A stretch of 64,000 nt of DNA from Thermoplasmata archaeon (GCA_049965455.1 JBMFWH010000002.1:1210-65209), one strand, 5' to 3'; shown: positions 17,836-28,857, counted from the first letter of the stretch. Notes: a model not told the origin generated them from the sequence alone. Program-made: numbers and translations.

Positions 17836-18974
17836 ACAAAAAGATAAAGGATATTATGAGCAAAAGCGCAGTTACTGCTACTTCTGAAGATACTTTATCT
17901 ACGCTTTTGAACAAGATGAAAGATTACAATGTCAGAGAAGTGCCAGTAATAGACGAAAAAGGTACGTTGCTAGGATACTTAGATTACAAGACCATTGCCA
18001 AAAGAAAAAATATTTCTCTTTATTCCAGAGTCATGAACATGATGATACACCCAAGCTTTATAAAAGATAGCGATGATATGGATACAGCAATAGAGGCAAT
18101 GGTAAACAGCGGATTAAGGGCATTGCCAGTAGTTAATGGCAACAAAAAGCTGTTAGGAATAGTATCCATCACGGATATAATATCTCAATTAAAAGATTCT
18201 GATGAATTTTCAGACTTGAGCATTGAGGACATCATGATAGCAGATCCAGCAGTGCTAAACAAAGAACAGAGCATATTTGACGCCTTGAGCTTTATGGATA
18301 AATGGGACGAGCTTAGTGCGCCTGTTGTTGACGACGACAACAAGCTTGTAGGCATGGTTCATATGCCAGATATCACCAAGATAATCTGGAGAGGCAAAGA
18401 ACGACTTCAGTATGGAACTTACAAAGGCCAGAAAGAAAAGATCGAGATGAAGATCAAAGATATAATGTGCGCTCCTGTTAAAATATCTAAAAATTCAACA
18501 GTGAAAGATGTTCTAAACGTATTAGCACAGTCAAAGACCGACATGTGCATAATAGTGGATAGAGAAAACAACCCGGTAGGCATAATAACCCAGAAAGACA
18601 TTCTTGATCAGGCATACAACGGAAAAAATGAAAAAGGGGTATTTGTACAGATTACGGGCCTTGAAAGTTCAGATCCGGAGCCATATAATATTGTATACGA
18701 GATGATCGAAAAATTCTTGAATCGAATAAACAAATACAGCAAGTTTAAGCCACAGCTAATGACATTTCATGTAGAGATACACAAGCCGGAGGGTGAAGAG
18801 GTAAAATACAGTGTTCGTGCAAAATTACAGACCGATAAAAAAACGTTTTTCTACACAGACTATGACTGGAACATGTACAAACTCTTTAAAAACGTATTAG
18901 ATAGATTGGAGAGAAATATAAGAAAAGAGAAAGAGCGCACAGAGGAAAAGCGTGTAAAAGTCAGAGGCGAGTGA
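17832..18974 (+). CDS. four-CBS-domain protein with C-terminal HPF/RaiA-like (S30AE-fold-like) domain
   Basis: Four CBS repeats (for example VREVPVIDEKGTLLGYL, ALPVVNGNKKLLGIVSITDI, SAPVVDDDNKLVGMVHMPDI, CIIVDRENNPVGIITQKDI). The tail VFVQITGLE...KYSVRAKLQTDKKTFFYTDYDWNMYKLFKNVLDRLERNIRKEKER parallels HPF/YfiA. Confidence 0.6.
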   Translation: MNKKIKDIMSKSAVTATSEDTLSTLLNKMKDYNVREVPVIDEKGTLLGYLDYKTIAKRKNISLYSRVMNMMIHPSFIKDSDDMDTAIEAMVNSGLRALPVVNGNKKLLGIVSITDIISQLKDSDEFSDLSIEDIMIADPAVLNKEQSIFDALSFMDKWDELSAPVVDDDNKLVGMVHMPDITKIIWRGKERLQYGTYKGQKEKIEMKIKDIMCAPVKISKNSTVKDVLNVLAQSKTDMCIIVDRENNPVGIITQKDILDQAYNGKNEKGVFVQITGLESSDPEPYNIVYEMIEKFLNRINKYSKFKPQLMTFHVEIHKPEGEEVKYSVRAKLQTDKKTFFYTDYDWNMYKLFKNVLDRLERNIRKEKERTEEKRVKVRGE

Positions 18975-18978
18975 GCAA

Positions 18979-20358
18979 ATGTATGAAGAGCTTTTAAAAA
19001 AACTGGAAAAAAAAGTAAAGTATGCAGATATACGGAAGCAGAGGTACCAAATATCTGAATTAGTAATGAAAAACGGAGTGGTTAGCGGAGTAAATTACAC
19101 GGAAGAAGAGGGTATTGCCATTCGAGTTTTAAATCATGGAATCGGATATCTGACCACCAACAAACTTGATGAAAGTTATATTGCAGAGCTTGCAGAAAAA
19201 GCGATTAAGTTTGCTTCGTCCATAAATCGCGATAACTTAAAATTCTCTGAAGAACCCGTATACAAAGAGAATTGGAGCGTGGAAGAAACCATAAAAATAA
19301 AGGATGTTTCTAATGAAGACAAGCTCCAATATTTAAAAGAGGTAGAGGCAGAGATGATCTCTTCACAGGTGCCTATGAGAATACAATCGATAAGAGACAA
19401 GATTGTAGAGACAGAGTATGTTAATACAGAAGGCACTACAATTAGCTCCACATTACCTTCAGTTAGCTATTTTTGCATGATGGGAGTTATGGAAAACGGA
19501 AACTTTGAACAGTCTTCGATAGAGCACGGGAGAACGGGAGGATATGAAGCATGGAAAGAATGGAACATTATAGATCGTGTTAAAGATGAGATCAATATAT
19601 TAAAGAAAGTGGCAAAAAGCAAGAAAATACCAGAGGGAAAAGTAGATCTTGTAGCCGGGCCTGAAGTTGCCGGAATTGTTGCACATGAATCAGGAGGGCA
19701 TCCTTCAGAATCAGATCGCATATTTGGCAGGGAAGCGGCACAGGCAGGAGAGTCTTTTATAAAGCCTGATATGATTGGAGAGAGAGTAGGTTCAGACATC
19801 GTTAACGTGGTAGATGACCCGACATACGAGCACAGTTACGGATACTATAAATATGATGATGAGGGCGTTAAAGCCAGAAAAAGGTATCTTTACAAAAACG
19901 GCAAAATAAATGAATTTTTAACAAATAGAGAATATGCATCCAGGCTTGGAACAAAGAGCAATGCTGCAGCCAGATCTTCATGGTGGGACCAAGAGCCAAT
20001 CGTGAGAATGAGCACTACATATATAGAGCCTGGAGAACACAGCGTTGAAGAGCTTATTGAGGATATTAAGTATGGAGTCTACATGAACTCATTCACAGAA
20101 TGGAACATTGATGATACCAGATTTAATGAAAAATACATAGGTCGTGAGGCTTACTTGATAGAGAACGGGGAGATTAAAGAGACGATCAAGAGACCGGTCC
20201 TTGAAATAACCACCACCGGATTCTACGGAGCTATAGATGCAATTAGCAAAGATTTCAAGCTTTTTGCAGGGACATGTGGCAAAGGAGATCCTATGCAAGG
20301 TGTTGATGTATTGATGGGCGGGCCCCATCTGAGATTAAGAGATGTTTATCTGAGGTGA
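18979..20358 (+). CDS. tldD: TldD-family metalloprotease
   Basis: HESGGHPSE (HExxxH), the GTCGKGDP region and family-typical length of 459 aa. Confidence 0.88.
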   Translation: MYEELLKKLEKKVKYADIRKQRYQISELVMKNGVVSGVNYTEEEGIAIRVLNHGIGYLTTNKLDESYIAELAEKAIKFASSINRDNLKFSEEPVYKENWSVEETIKIKDVSNEDKLQYLKEVEAEMISSQVPMRIQSIRDKIVETEYVNTEGTTISSTLPSVSYFCMMGVMENGNFEQSSIEHGRTGGYEAWKEWNIIDRVKDEINILKKVAKSKKIPEGKVDLVAGPEVAGIVAHESGGHPSESDRIFGREAAQAGESFIKPDMIGERVGSDIVNVVDDPTYEHSYGYYKYDDEGVKARKRYLYKNGKINEFLTNREYASRLGTKSNAAARSSWWDQEPIVRMSTTYIEPGEHSVEELIEDIKYGVYMNSFTEWNIDDTRFNEKYIGREAYLIENGEIKETIKRPVLEITTTGFYGAIDAISKDFKLFAGTCGKGDPMQGVDVLMGGPHLRLRDVYLR

Positions 20359-21680
20359 AATTGATGTTAGATCTTGCCGAAAATATTGTGAAAAAATTAC
20401 AGATGCAGGGTATTGATGAAGTTTCGGTCATTATTGAAGAGAGAGACCAAAAACAGATCAGGTTTTCTAACAACGAAGTGGATATTTACAAAAATTGGAT
20501 AGACTCAGAGATCCGCCTGTTTTTAGCAAAAGGCAAAAAAACTTTGAGCACCACTATCAAAGATTTCAATAAGATCGACGAGCAGTTATCAACGTTTGTA
20601 AAGCTGGTAAACCAGGTACCGGACAATGATGATTTTTACGGCTTGAACAGTAATAAGCAAACCTACCGCGCGCATGTTCCAGATCTAAAACTGAAAGAAC
20701 TGGACGATCTTTCATATTATGCTAAAAATGCGATTAATGGAGCTTTAGAAAAAAATGCAAAGCGAGTTTCTGGAACAATATACCATACCTTTGAAAAGAT
20801 ATATCTAGCCACCAATTACAATAGCGTATATGATGAGCTGGTCAATTTTGAAATTTCAGTGAGGGCATTCAACGAGTTCAATGCCCCTGGCGCAAGCGTC
20901 TTCATGACCTCAGATCATAGGCAGCTGAGAGAAATTGATCCGTATGATGTTGGACAAGAGGCTGGGGAATTTGCAAGAATGGTGGAAAATCCAGTAGAGG
21001 GTAAAGAGGGAAAGTTAGACATACTGTTTCATCCGCTCTGTTTTGGATCTTTGGTCACGGATGCAATGAACATGGCCTCAGCGTTTCAGGTAGACTCAGG
21101 CATGAGCTTTTTTGCGGACAAAATTGGAAAAAAAGTAGCATCTGAAAAACTTACATTATATGATGATCCAACATTTGAGCAGGGTGTTGGATTCAGATTA
21201 TTTGACGATGAAGGTACCGCTACTAGGAAAAACACCATAATAAAAGATGGTGTTTACAAAACACATTTGCACAGCTATTCTACCGCCAAGAAATTTGGCA
21301 CAGAAACTACTGGAAATGCAGGTATCGTGTTTCCTGGAGCTTGGCAGCCGGTAATGCAGGAAGGAAAAGAGAGCGAAACTGATATTCTGGCAAACATGAA
21401 GAGAGGATTATACATCCTGAATACATGGTACACGAGGTATCAGGATTACAGAAATGGAGATTTTTCGACTATTCCGAGAGATGGAATATTTTATATTGAA
21501 GATGGAGAAATAGTAGAGTCATGGAAAGGTATCAGGATCAGCGACAATATACTGAGAATTCTGAAAAATATTGACTATATCAGCGTTGACCGAGAACAGG
21601 TAAAATGGTGGGATACCGTAATGCCTTCTGTACTTCCATACGTGCTCGTCAAGGATGTGAACATTACAAAAGCAAAGTAA
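20355..21680 (+). CDS. pmbA: PmbA/TldE-family protein (TldD partner)
   Basis: Paralogous to the upstream gene but lacks HExxxH. 4-nt overlap with tldD. Confidence 0.85.
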   Translation: MKLMLDLAENIVKKLQMQGIDEVSVIIEERDQKQIRFSNNEVDIYKNWIDSEIRLFLAKGKKTLSTTIKDFNKIDEQLSTFVKLVNQVPDNDDFYGLNSNKQTYRAHVPDLKLKELDDLSYYAKNAINGALEKNAKRVSGTIYHTFEKIYLATNYNSVYDELVNFEISVRAFNEFNAPGASVFMTSDHRQLREIDPYDVGQEAGEFARMVENPVEGKEGKLDILFHPLCFGSLVTDAMNMASAFQVDSGMSFFADKIGKKVASEKLTLYDDPTFEQGVGFRLFDDEGTATRKNTIIKDGVYKTHLHSYSTAKKFGTETTGNAGIVFPGAWQPVMQEGKESETDILANMKRGLYILNTWYTRYQDYRNGDFSTIPRDGIFYIEDGEIVESWKGIRISDNILRILKNIDYISVDREQVKWWDTVMPSVLPYVLVKDVNITKAK

Positions 21681-21692
21681 AAAATAGGTTTT

Positions 21693-22811
21693 TTATAGCC
21701 CTATGTCCCCTAATTTTTCAGGCAGATAAGTATCCGTAACGTAGTTTAATCCGTATTTAGCCAAAGCCTGTTGTTCTGCCTTTTTGCCGATTTTGAGCAT
21801 CAGTTCAATCTCATCTTTCCAGAAAGCAGTGTTAAATCTCGGGTCTGTCTTTTCAGCATTGAGCGCATCTATGTCTTTGTCATTTAGATTGTCTGTAGGA
21901 AGCTTATAGTTCAATATATCATTAGCTGTTATACCTATGAATTCCGCACTGGGCGTAGCCAGATACTCGGATATGTGCGCGGTCTTGATTGCCCCGTACG
22001 CAACTGAAGCGTAGATCCTGAAAGACCAGGGATCTCCATCTGTGAATATCACAATCGGCAACTTAAGTTCGGTATTCATTCTTTTAATAAGCCTTCTGGT
22101 GCTTCTTGCAGGTTGCCCTTTTAAATGCACCAGAATGGCTCTGAAATCTTCATCAAACCTGTTTTCTACGAGTCTGTCGAACATACCACCTGTTTCAATT
22201 GCTATCACAAAATCTGCATCCACGTCCTTAAACTTTATTTTATCAGACTCTACGTTGTAAGGGATCGTATATCCTGCATCGCCTACATCATCACGACAGT
22301 TTATTTTTCGAGGAACTCCTTTCCTGTTTATCTCTTCCAACGTGATGTTCCCTATTACCGTGGCCCCGTCCTCTTCAGGCCTAAGCTTAAAATCTTCCCT
22401 CATGTATTTAGTCACGATTTCAATATCTTCAGCAAGCCTGTTAGACTCGTCCTGCGTATGAAATTTTGCAAGGTTCCAGCCTTCAGAAATATAGTACATC
22501 TCTCTCAGTGTTGAAGACTTGCTTTGCTCGATCATCTCTTTTATGAATTCTAGAAGGTACATGGTCCTTAAAAGCGTATATGCACCGTCCAGCTTTTTTG
22601 CAGACCTGGTAATTTTAGAATCTCCGAGAACCCACACTCCGGATCTAAGATCAAAATTTATGTTGTACTTGTTTCTGGCTTCAAGACTCATCTTTGGAAT
22701 CTTACCGGCATTCATGTCTTCATATATGTCAGATACCAATCGCTCCAATGCTTTTAAAGCATCGTCATAGTTCGTCATTTTCATCTTCCTCCATTTCGCT
22801 ATCGTCAGCAA
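21693..22811 (-). CDS. top6A: DNA topoisomerase VI subunit A (Spo11-like)
   Basis: Conserved YYISEGW region and a Toprim part ([20 protein letters not shown]). The true start is probably M at 22778 or 22784. Confidence 0.93.
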   Translation of the reverse strand: MLTIAKWRKMKMTNYDDALKALERLVSDIYEDMNAGKIPKMSLEARNKYNINFDLRSGVWVLGDSKITRSAKKLDGAYTLLRTMYLLEFIKEMIEQSKSSTLREMYYISEGWNLAKFHTQDESNRLAEDIEIVTKYMREDFKLRPEEDGATVIGNITLEEINRKGVPRKINCRDDVGDAGYTIPYNVESDKIKFKDVDADFVIAIETGGMFDRLVENRFDEDFRAILVHLKGQPARSTRRLIKRMNTELKLPIVIFTDGDPWSFRIYASVAYGAIKTAHISEYLATPSAEFIGITANDILNYKLPTDNLNDKDIDALNAEKTDPRFNTAFWKDEIELMLKIGKKAEQQALAKYGLNYVTDTYLPEKLGDIGL

Positions 22812-24705
22812 TAATCGCCTTTAAGTCCTCTATATTCCAGTCTCCTGGCAACGGTTCAGCACCTACCACATATACGGGATTTATGCCTTCTACATAATAT
22901 GTGCTTTCTTTGTAAGTACCGGCCATAATATTGGTAAGCGTAAACTTTAAAATCTTCTGCTCCAGACTCTTTATTGATATTTCCCACTCTATGGAATCAT
23001 TTTCTGGATCTATCTTGCAGTCACGGTCTGCACTGCCTTCCAGCACCTTGCCTTCAGGCAGATCTGCGTATAGCGTGAATTTTTTTTCATCAGCCGTGAA
23101 ATTTGATACTCTAACAGTAACTTTTACCGTGTCTTTTGACTCTTCAATATCCTCGTCGATCCAGACTACATTCATTATCTGCGTAATTATCGGCTCTAGC
23201 TTTGGAACTGGCTTATTCAATATATTGGCACTTTTAAGCGCAATTTGTGGCAATATCTTTTGAACCAGAAAGAACTTTTCCGATAGTTTTGCCTTGATCT
23301 CTTTCTTTGTTAAAAAGGTACGAATCTGCCTTGCAAGATCTCTCAATGCAAGCTTTATCTCATCTATAATCTCAGGCACTTCTGCTATTGCCTCTTTTGA
23401 TTCAGACGTGAACGGAACTTTGGTGGATGCAACATGCACCAATACTATTGCTGGTCCCGAAGGTATGCCTGCCCCACTTTTTTGTTCAAACCCGTATTTT
23501 CTCCAATCCATGTCAGATACTGCCTTAGTGATTGCACAGGCTCCTGCTTGATATAAAAGAGGTACTTTGTTTGCAAATCGCATTATTGATATCTGTTCTT
23601 CTTTTGGCAGGTCACCGCCATATACCATTCCCGCCTCCACGATAAACACGTTGCCATGATATATTGCCGGTTTTCTGGAAACAGGTATGGCGTAAAAGCT
23701 TGGTTTATATGCTCCCAATACATTTTTTAAGCCTTTCTTAATCAGGTTTTCTCCAATCGGAGAAAGAGATTCTGAAGAAGGCGGCAAAAGCTTTGTCTGC
23801 TTGAAAGATTCCAGTATGTTTTTAGCGTCTACAAGTTTTAAAGTGGAAGGGTCCATACTCGGGTCTAATTTTGTCATAGTACATATTTCAACTGCTATTT
23901 TGTTGCTTACCTTACTGAACTCGCCGCTGAGGAAGCTTGTGAGTGTTTTGTGTTTTGTGTTTTTTGCAAGCTCTAAAATGTCCCCGATCTCTAACCCCAT
24001 AGGATGCGGTTTTGTTTCTTTTGGCGGTGCTGGAATCTTGTTAGTTACACGATCAAATATTATAACTGAACCGTCAGGATCTGTAAACTTGATCTTTGCA
24101 TAAGGGTTTACTATTGCACTGTTTTTCAAATATTCGATTATTGACTGTTTCCCTTTTACGTATTTTCCTTTCATATAAAATTCTATCTTTAGCCCATGCT
24201 CTTTAGAAACTATGATAACGTCTTCAGATACTGTTGCCGCCCGGTTCTCTTTGGTGTCAATAAACATTTTTACCTGATACGCAACATCAGATTCCTTTGT
24301 TTTAGAGGTAATAGATATTGGCTTGCCAGATGTAATCTGAGAATATAACACCACCGCAGAGATACCGATCCCCTGCTGTCCCCTGGCTTGCTGCATCGAG
24401 AAAAACTTGGAGCCGTACAGAAACTGGCCAAATATTTTTGGTATTTCTTTTCTTATTATGCCAGGTCCATTATCCTCTACAGATAGGTAATATTCATCCT
24501 TGCCGACGTTTTTCAAAACCACTTCAATTTCCGGCAATATTTCTGCCTCTTCACAAGCGTCCAGAGAGTTATCAACGCTTTCTTTTACGGCCATGATCAA
24601 CGATTTTTGAAGCGAGTCAAACCCTAAGATCTGCTTGTTCTTTTCAAAAAATTGTGCTATTGAGATCGCTCTCTGCTTTTTTGCCAGCTCTTCTGCAATT
24701 ACCAT
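22765..24705 (-). CDS. top6B: DNA topoisomerase VI subunit B (GHKL ATPase)
   Basis: Bergerat-fold motifs [17 protein letters not shown] and GQQGIG. It lies directly upstream of top6A. Confidence 0.93.
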   Translation of the reverse strand: MVIAEELAKKQRAISIAQFFEKNKQILGFDSLQKSLIMAVKESVDNSLDACEEAEILPEIEVVLKNVGKDEYYLSVEDNGPGIIRKEIPKIFGQFLYGSKFFSMQQARGQQGIGISAVVLYSQITSGKPISITSKTKESDVAYQVKMFIDTKENRAATVSEDVIIVSKEHGLKIEFYMKGKYVKGKQSIIEYLKNSAIVNPYAKIKFTDPDGSVIIFDRVTNKIPAPPKETKPHPMGLEIGDILELAKNTKHKTLTSFLSGEFSKVSNKIAVEICTMTKLDPSMDPSTLKLVDAKNILESFKQTKLLPPSSESLSPIGENLIKKGLKNVLGAYKPSFYAIPVSRKPAIYHGNVFIVEAGMVYGGDLPKEEQISIMRFANKVPLLYQAGACAITKAVSDMDWRKYGFEQKSGAGIPSGPAIVLVHVASTKVPFTSESKEAIAEVPEIIDEIKLALRDLARQIRTFLTKKEIKAKLSEKFFLVQKILPQIALKSANILNKPVPKLEPIITQIMNVVWIDEDIEESKDTVKVTVRVSNFTADEKKFTLYADLPEGKVLEGSADRDCKIDPENDSIEWEISIKSLEQKILKFTLTNIMAGTYKESTYYVEGINPVYVVGAEPLPGDWNIEDLKAIIADDSEMEEDENDEL

Positions 24706-24776
24706 TAATGTATTGAAATGATTATTAATATAAAGTTTTTTTTGAATATGTTCTCGATTTCAATATCTTTTTCAGC

Positions 24777-25967
24777 TTATTTTAGATCTTTCTTTTCAAT
24801 TGCGTTTGCGGCCTTGCTTATGGACACGCTTGAAATGATGTTGGTTAATATTATAATCATAAAAGAGATATAAAAAATCTCGTTAAAATATGCGCCTCCG
24901 AGAGATAACAATATGCTTGCCAGTACTGCTACTGTCAACCCTCTAGGCACCAATGACATCATGAACCCTTGATACTCTTTCTTTCTTACCACTATCTTTA
25001 TCTCGATCACCCGGATCGCTAATAAAACTAATGTTATTAAAAGAGCGTAAAGAAAGTATGTAACTGAAATAATGGCGATCAATCCTATAAAAACAAAGAA
25101 AAATGTCCTGACGAGAAACTCTAGTTCATCTTCTACAAGATTCATCTCATTTTCGTGTATGTCAATTTTAAAGTTCAGGTGCTTTCCTATGGTTTTATAA
25201 CTTCCTATAATGATAGCAAATATGAATATAGAAACTACCGCCGCACCACCTAAAAAATCCACGACACCATAAAGTAAAAAAGCTACTCCTATTGTAGCTA
25301 CATATCCTTTTGTGCTCTTTAAGATGTTAATAGTGAACAGCCATATGAATCCTACAACAAATCCCATGAATACAGCTACACTTATATAATCTACCACATA
25401 TTTTGTATATGAATACGCCAAGAATCCAGAACCCGTTACCAATACCAGCAAAAGATAGAAAATCAGAATGTCCACAACAGAATTAAATGTTGCCTCTGTA
25501 ACTGCCATGTTGTACAGGTCCCCCGGAATTTTTATTCTTGTAGCGACAGGGACAATCACCACCGCCGTAGTTTCTCCTATTATAGCCCCCAGTATCGCGC
25601 CATAAATTAAAGGCCAAGAAAATACATATCTCATCAAAAATGCCACTGAGAGCATCGATAATACTATATCAAGAGTACCAAGCAGTAAACCAATACCACT
25701 CGCGGAAACAGACGTGCCGATGTTTATCTTCCTGCCTCCATCAAACATTATCATGATCAGGGCAATGCTGCCAAACAATGGTACAAAGTCTCGTAATACA
25801 TCCACATATTTCAGGGGGATCAGATGCCCAAACGGAACTAAAATTATGCCAATAAGCATCAATATCAATATTTCAGGGATCCTCGTTATTCTGAACAATG
25901 CATCGCTAAAATACCCAATAATTATTATTACGGCGATGGCAATTAGTATCAGATAGCTACTTATCAT
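24777..25967 (-). CDS. cation:proton antiporter (Na+/H+ exchanger family)
   Basis: 396 aa with about 11-12 TM segments and a composition typical of CPA-type exchangers. Confidence 0.65.
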   Translation of the reverse strand: MISSYLILIAIAVIIIIGYFSDALFRITRIPEILILMLIGIILVPFGHLIPLKYVDVLRDFVPLFGSIALIMIMFDGGRKINIGTSVSASGIGLLLGTLDIVLSMLSVAFLMRYVFSWPLIYGAILGAIIGETTAVVIVPVATRIKIPGDLYNMAVTEATFNSVVDILIFYLLLVLVTGSGFLAYSYTKYVVDYISVAVFMGFVVGFIWLFTINILKSTKGYVATIGVAFLLYGVVDFLGGAAVVSIFIFAIIIGSYKTIGKHLNFKIDIHENEMNLVEDELEFLVRTFFFVFIGLIAIISVTYFLYALLITLVLLAIRVIEIKIVVRKKEYQGFMMSLVPRGLTVAVLASILLSLGGAYFNEIFYISFMIIILTNIISSVSISKAANAIEKKDLK

Positions 25968-26057
25968 CCCATTTTTATATACTTTATTTATCTATATAAA
26001 GTTTTCACGAGGTACTGTTAAAATTTAAATACTCATTTTTATTAATTAGAAAACATA

Positions 26058-27161
26058 ATGAGATTTAGATTGCATCCACACATTTACAAATTGATAATCA
26101 TATCTGCGTTATTTACAATTTTTATTGGCACTTTATCACTGTTCACGCCCATTTCGTTCAGTTTCTTTAGCCCAAATCTCATAAAAGAACGTGGAATATT
26201 CACAATATTTATAGGATTCTTTTTACTGGTAATAAGTTTTGGCATAAAAAACAAGTCCCGGCTTGCATGGAGAGTAATCGTACTGTTTTTGCTGCTGTCT
26301 ATATTTATCATATTTTTGAAGGGTTTTACAATCTATTACATAGATCTATTTGCGATAGGATTTGATATATATATATTGATCTTGCTGATAATCCACAGGA
26401 AAGAGTACAACTACCCGACCCGATTTTTCAGCAGGCCTGAGATCTCCGTAGCATTGGTGACAATAATATTTACAGTCTCTTATGGCATTGGAGGGTCATT
26501 ACTATTTGGCTCTCAGTTTAAGCCTGAAATCAAAGATTTTTACACTGCATTATATTATACGATTGAAACTGTAACCACATTGGGTTTTGGGGATATATTG
26601 CCAGTAACTACAGTTTCTAGAATGTTTACTGCGTCTCTTGCTGTAATGGGGCTTGCAAGCTTTTTTGGTGCAATAACTATATTACTAGCCCCGATATTTC
26701 AGCAGCGAGTAAGTGAGGTGATAAATTTTATGGAACGTTTCGAGTCAAAGAATTTTAAGGACCATATCCTGGTCTGCGGGTATTCTCCCATAATTTCAGA
26801 TTTCTTGGATACCCTGAAAGACCAGGAGAAATTATTTGTAGTGATCGAGAAAAATGCGGAAAATGCAACAATGTTAAAGAATAAAGGATACATAGTCATC
26901 AATGATCATGCGGATAATGAGAAACTTTTGAACACTCTGAACTTAGAAAGTAGTCAAAAGATCCTGATATCCTCTGATGACGACGGATATAATCTCCTGA
27001 TTGCCATAACCATCAAGCAACTGGATATCGGTAAAAAATTAAAAGATCGGACGATCATCGTGGTAAACGACTCAAAAAATTATAATAAGTTTAAGGATTT
27101 TTCAGATTCTATAATAGATCCAAATAACATTTTCAAAAACTATATTTCAAAATTGATCTAA
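26058..27161 (+). CDS. potassium channel with C-terminal RCK/TrkA-N domain
   Basis: Selectivity-filter-like TVTTLGFGD followed by a Rossmann-like HILVCGYSP domain. Confidence 0.8.
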   Translation: MRFRLHPHIYKLIIISALFTIFIGTLSLFTPISFSFFSPNLIKERGIFTIFIGFFLLVISFGIKNKSRLAWRVIVLFLLLSIFIIFLKGFTIYYIDLFAIGFDIYILILLIIHRKEYNYPTRFFSRPEISVALVTIIFTVSYGIGGSLLFGSQFKPEIKDFYTALYYTIETVTTLGFGDILPVTTVSRMFTASLAVMGLASFFGAITILLAPIFQQRVSEVINFMERFESKNFKDHILVCGYSPIISDFLDTLKDQEKLFVVIEKNAENATMLKNKGYIVINDHADNEKLLNTLNLESSQKILISSDDDGYNLLIAITIKQLDIGKKLKDRTIIVVNDSKNYNKFKDFSDSIIDPNNIFKNYISKLI

Positions 27162-28828
27162 ATCCTCTTTACAAATCTGTAAATTTCGATTCCTACATTA
27201 TGCATGTTCCTAACCACGTTTTTCTTGGACCAGACAAGATCATCTTTTTCAAATATTATCGGCCCCATATACCTGCCTCTCTTCAAAACATTCTGGTCCA
27301 GTTCTTTAAGTTGCTCTTCGATTCTTCTTTCAAGAGTATCATCCACTATCGCACCCCTCTCTACTCTCAGCTTTACCAGCTCCAGTGCCGATTTATAAGT
27401 GGCATAGGCTATATCATTTTTTGTCATTTTGTCCGTCTCATAGTTCAAAAAATCAATCCATGTGTCATTACTGTTCAGCAGGTTATAATGATCTTTTAAG
27501 GTTTTTGCTTTTATCTTCAACCCATATAGATCAGATTTTTCGAAAGCAAGACTTCCAGGATCCACAAACGGGGATATAGGAGATATGAATGTGGACAGAT
27601 TCTTAGGGAATCTCGCGTAAAGTTTTTTAACATATTCGACATCGTTATCTACGTCTGAAACGCTCTGTCCGGGAATACCTACAGAAAAGAATATATCCAT
27701 TCTTCGCGCATCATATTTCATGGCATACTCTATATTTTTCTCCAGCCCTGAGTTCGCATAATATTTACCAGATAATGCCCTTATATTCTCGCTAGAAGAC
27801 TCTGGAGAGATCTCTACCGTGAACTCAGATATATTCTTGGATATTGCCTGATAATAGCTTTCTGGTGCAGGAGTAAAAATTTCGAACAATATAGGGATAT
27901 CTATACCCTCTCTCTTAACAGCTTCCAGCAGTTTAATATCGAAATCCTTGCCGGCCTCATGTATATCTCCAGTAATAAATGCCGGGCTACCCAGATTCTC
28001 TTGAATGGATTTCAGTTCTGATACAATGGTATCTATCTTCCTAACAGATACTTTGTTTCTGCAATAAAAGTTCTTGTACGCAAAATTAGAGCCGCCACAT
28101 ATCGTGCAGTTATGATGGCACCCTTTCTGGATCAATGTCATTGCTGAGGGATTGTCTACCCAGTCCCCATATGGCAAATGGTCTTCAGCACTCATAGTTT
28201 TTACAGCATTTCTATAAATTATTTTGTAATCAAGAGATACTTTATCAATGTCCTTGTCTGGATCTCTGCATTGGTTCTCCACGATTTTAGAATTGTCACG
28301 CCATGCTAGATTTGGTATCGAGCTTAAATCACCATTTCTCTCTACCGCATCTATAAGCAACGGGAAGAACGGCTCGGTTGTATCACCTTTGAGTACAAAG
28401 TCTATGAATTCATAGTTTTTTAATAGCTCGACCGCATAATATGTGGAGGAAAGCCCCCCAAATACAATCTTTGAATTTGGATGCTCTTCTTTTATAATCT
28501 TTGCTATCTCTAAAGAACCCTGAACATGAGGTAGCCAGTGCAGATCCAGCCCATATATTTGTGATTCCTGTTTTTTAATGTAATTTCTAACATCAAAGTT
28601 TTTGTGGTAAATCATCTTCACCGCTAAATTAATTATTTTAGCTTTAAACCCGTTGGAGATGATATTGTTCAGGATGCTCATAAAACCTATTGGGTACATC
28701 TCAAATATTGGTGTTGATGGTACCACATCACTGATAGGCCCTAGATTTGTACTTTTTTTTCTGAAATCGTATATACTTGGTGAATGTACTAATATAAGAT
28801 CATACATATTAGAATTGGGATATTGCAT
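27158..28828 (-). CDS. B12-binding-domain radical SAM protein (class B)
   Basis: N-terminal Rossmann-like DLILVHSPSIYDF / GLDLHW segment and a CxxxCxxC cluster (GCHHNCTICGG). 556 aa. Confidence 0.75.
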   Translation of the reverse strand: MQYPNSNMYDLILVHSPSIYDFRKKSTNLGPISDVVPSTPIFEMYPIGFMSILNNIISNGFKAKIINLAVKMIYHKNFDVRNYIKKQESQIYGLDLHWLPHVQGSLEIAKIIKEEHPNSKIVFGGLSSTYYAVELLKNYEFIDFVLKGDTTEPFFPLLIDAVERNGDLSSIPNLAWRDNSKIVENQCRDPDKDIDKVSLDYKIIYRNAVKTMSAEDHLPYGDWVDNPSAMTLIQKGCHHNCTICGGSNFAYKNFYCRNKVSVRKIDTIVSELKSIQENLGSPAFITGDIHEAGKDFDIKLLEAVKREGIDIPILFEIFTPAPESYYQAISKNISEFTVEISPESSSENIRALSGKYYANSGLEKNIEYAMKYDARRMDIFFSVGIPGQSVSDVDNDVEYVKKLYARFPKNLSTFISPISPFVDPGSLAFEKSDLYGLKIKAKTLKDHYNLLNSNDTWIDFLNYETDKMTKNDIAYATYKSALELVKLRVERGAIVDDTLERRIEEQLKELDQNVLKRGRYMGPIIFEKDDLVWSKKNVVRNMHNVGIEIYRFVKRI

Positions 28829-28857
28829 GAAAATATAATAAACTATTGTTTGACTTT

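Noticed and set aside
22765-22811. The 47-nt overlap between the top6B end and the annotated top6A start as a possible recoding or fusion signal.
   Set aside because: Internal Met codons at 22784 and 22778 give a conventional short overlap and a typical Top6A N-terminus ([12 protein letters not shown]). The long overlap comes from taking the longest ORF.
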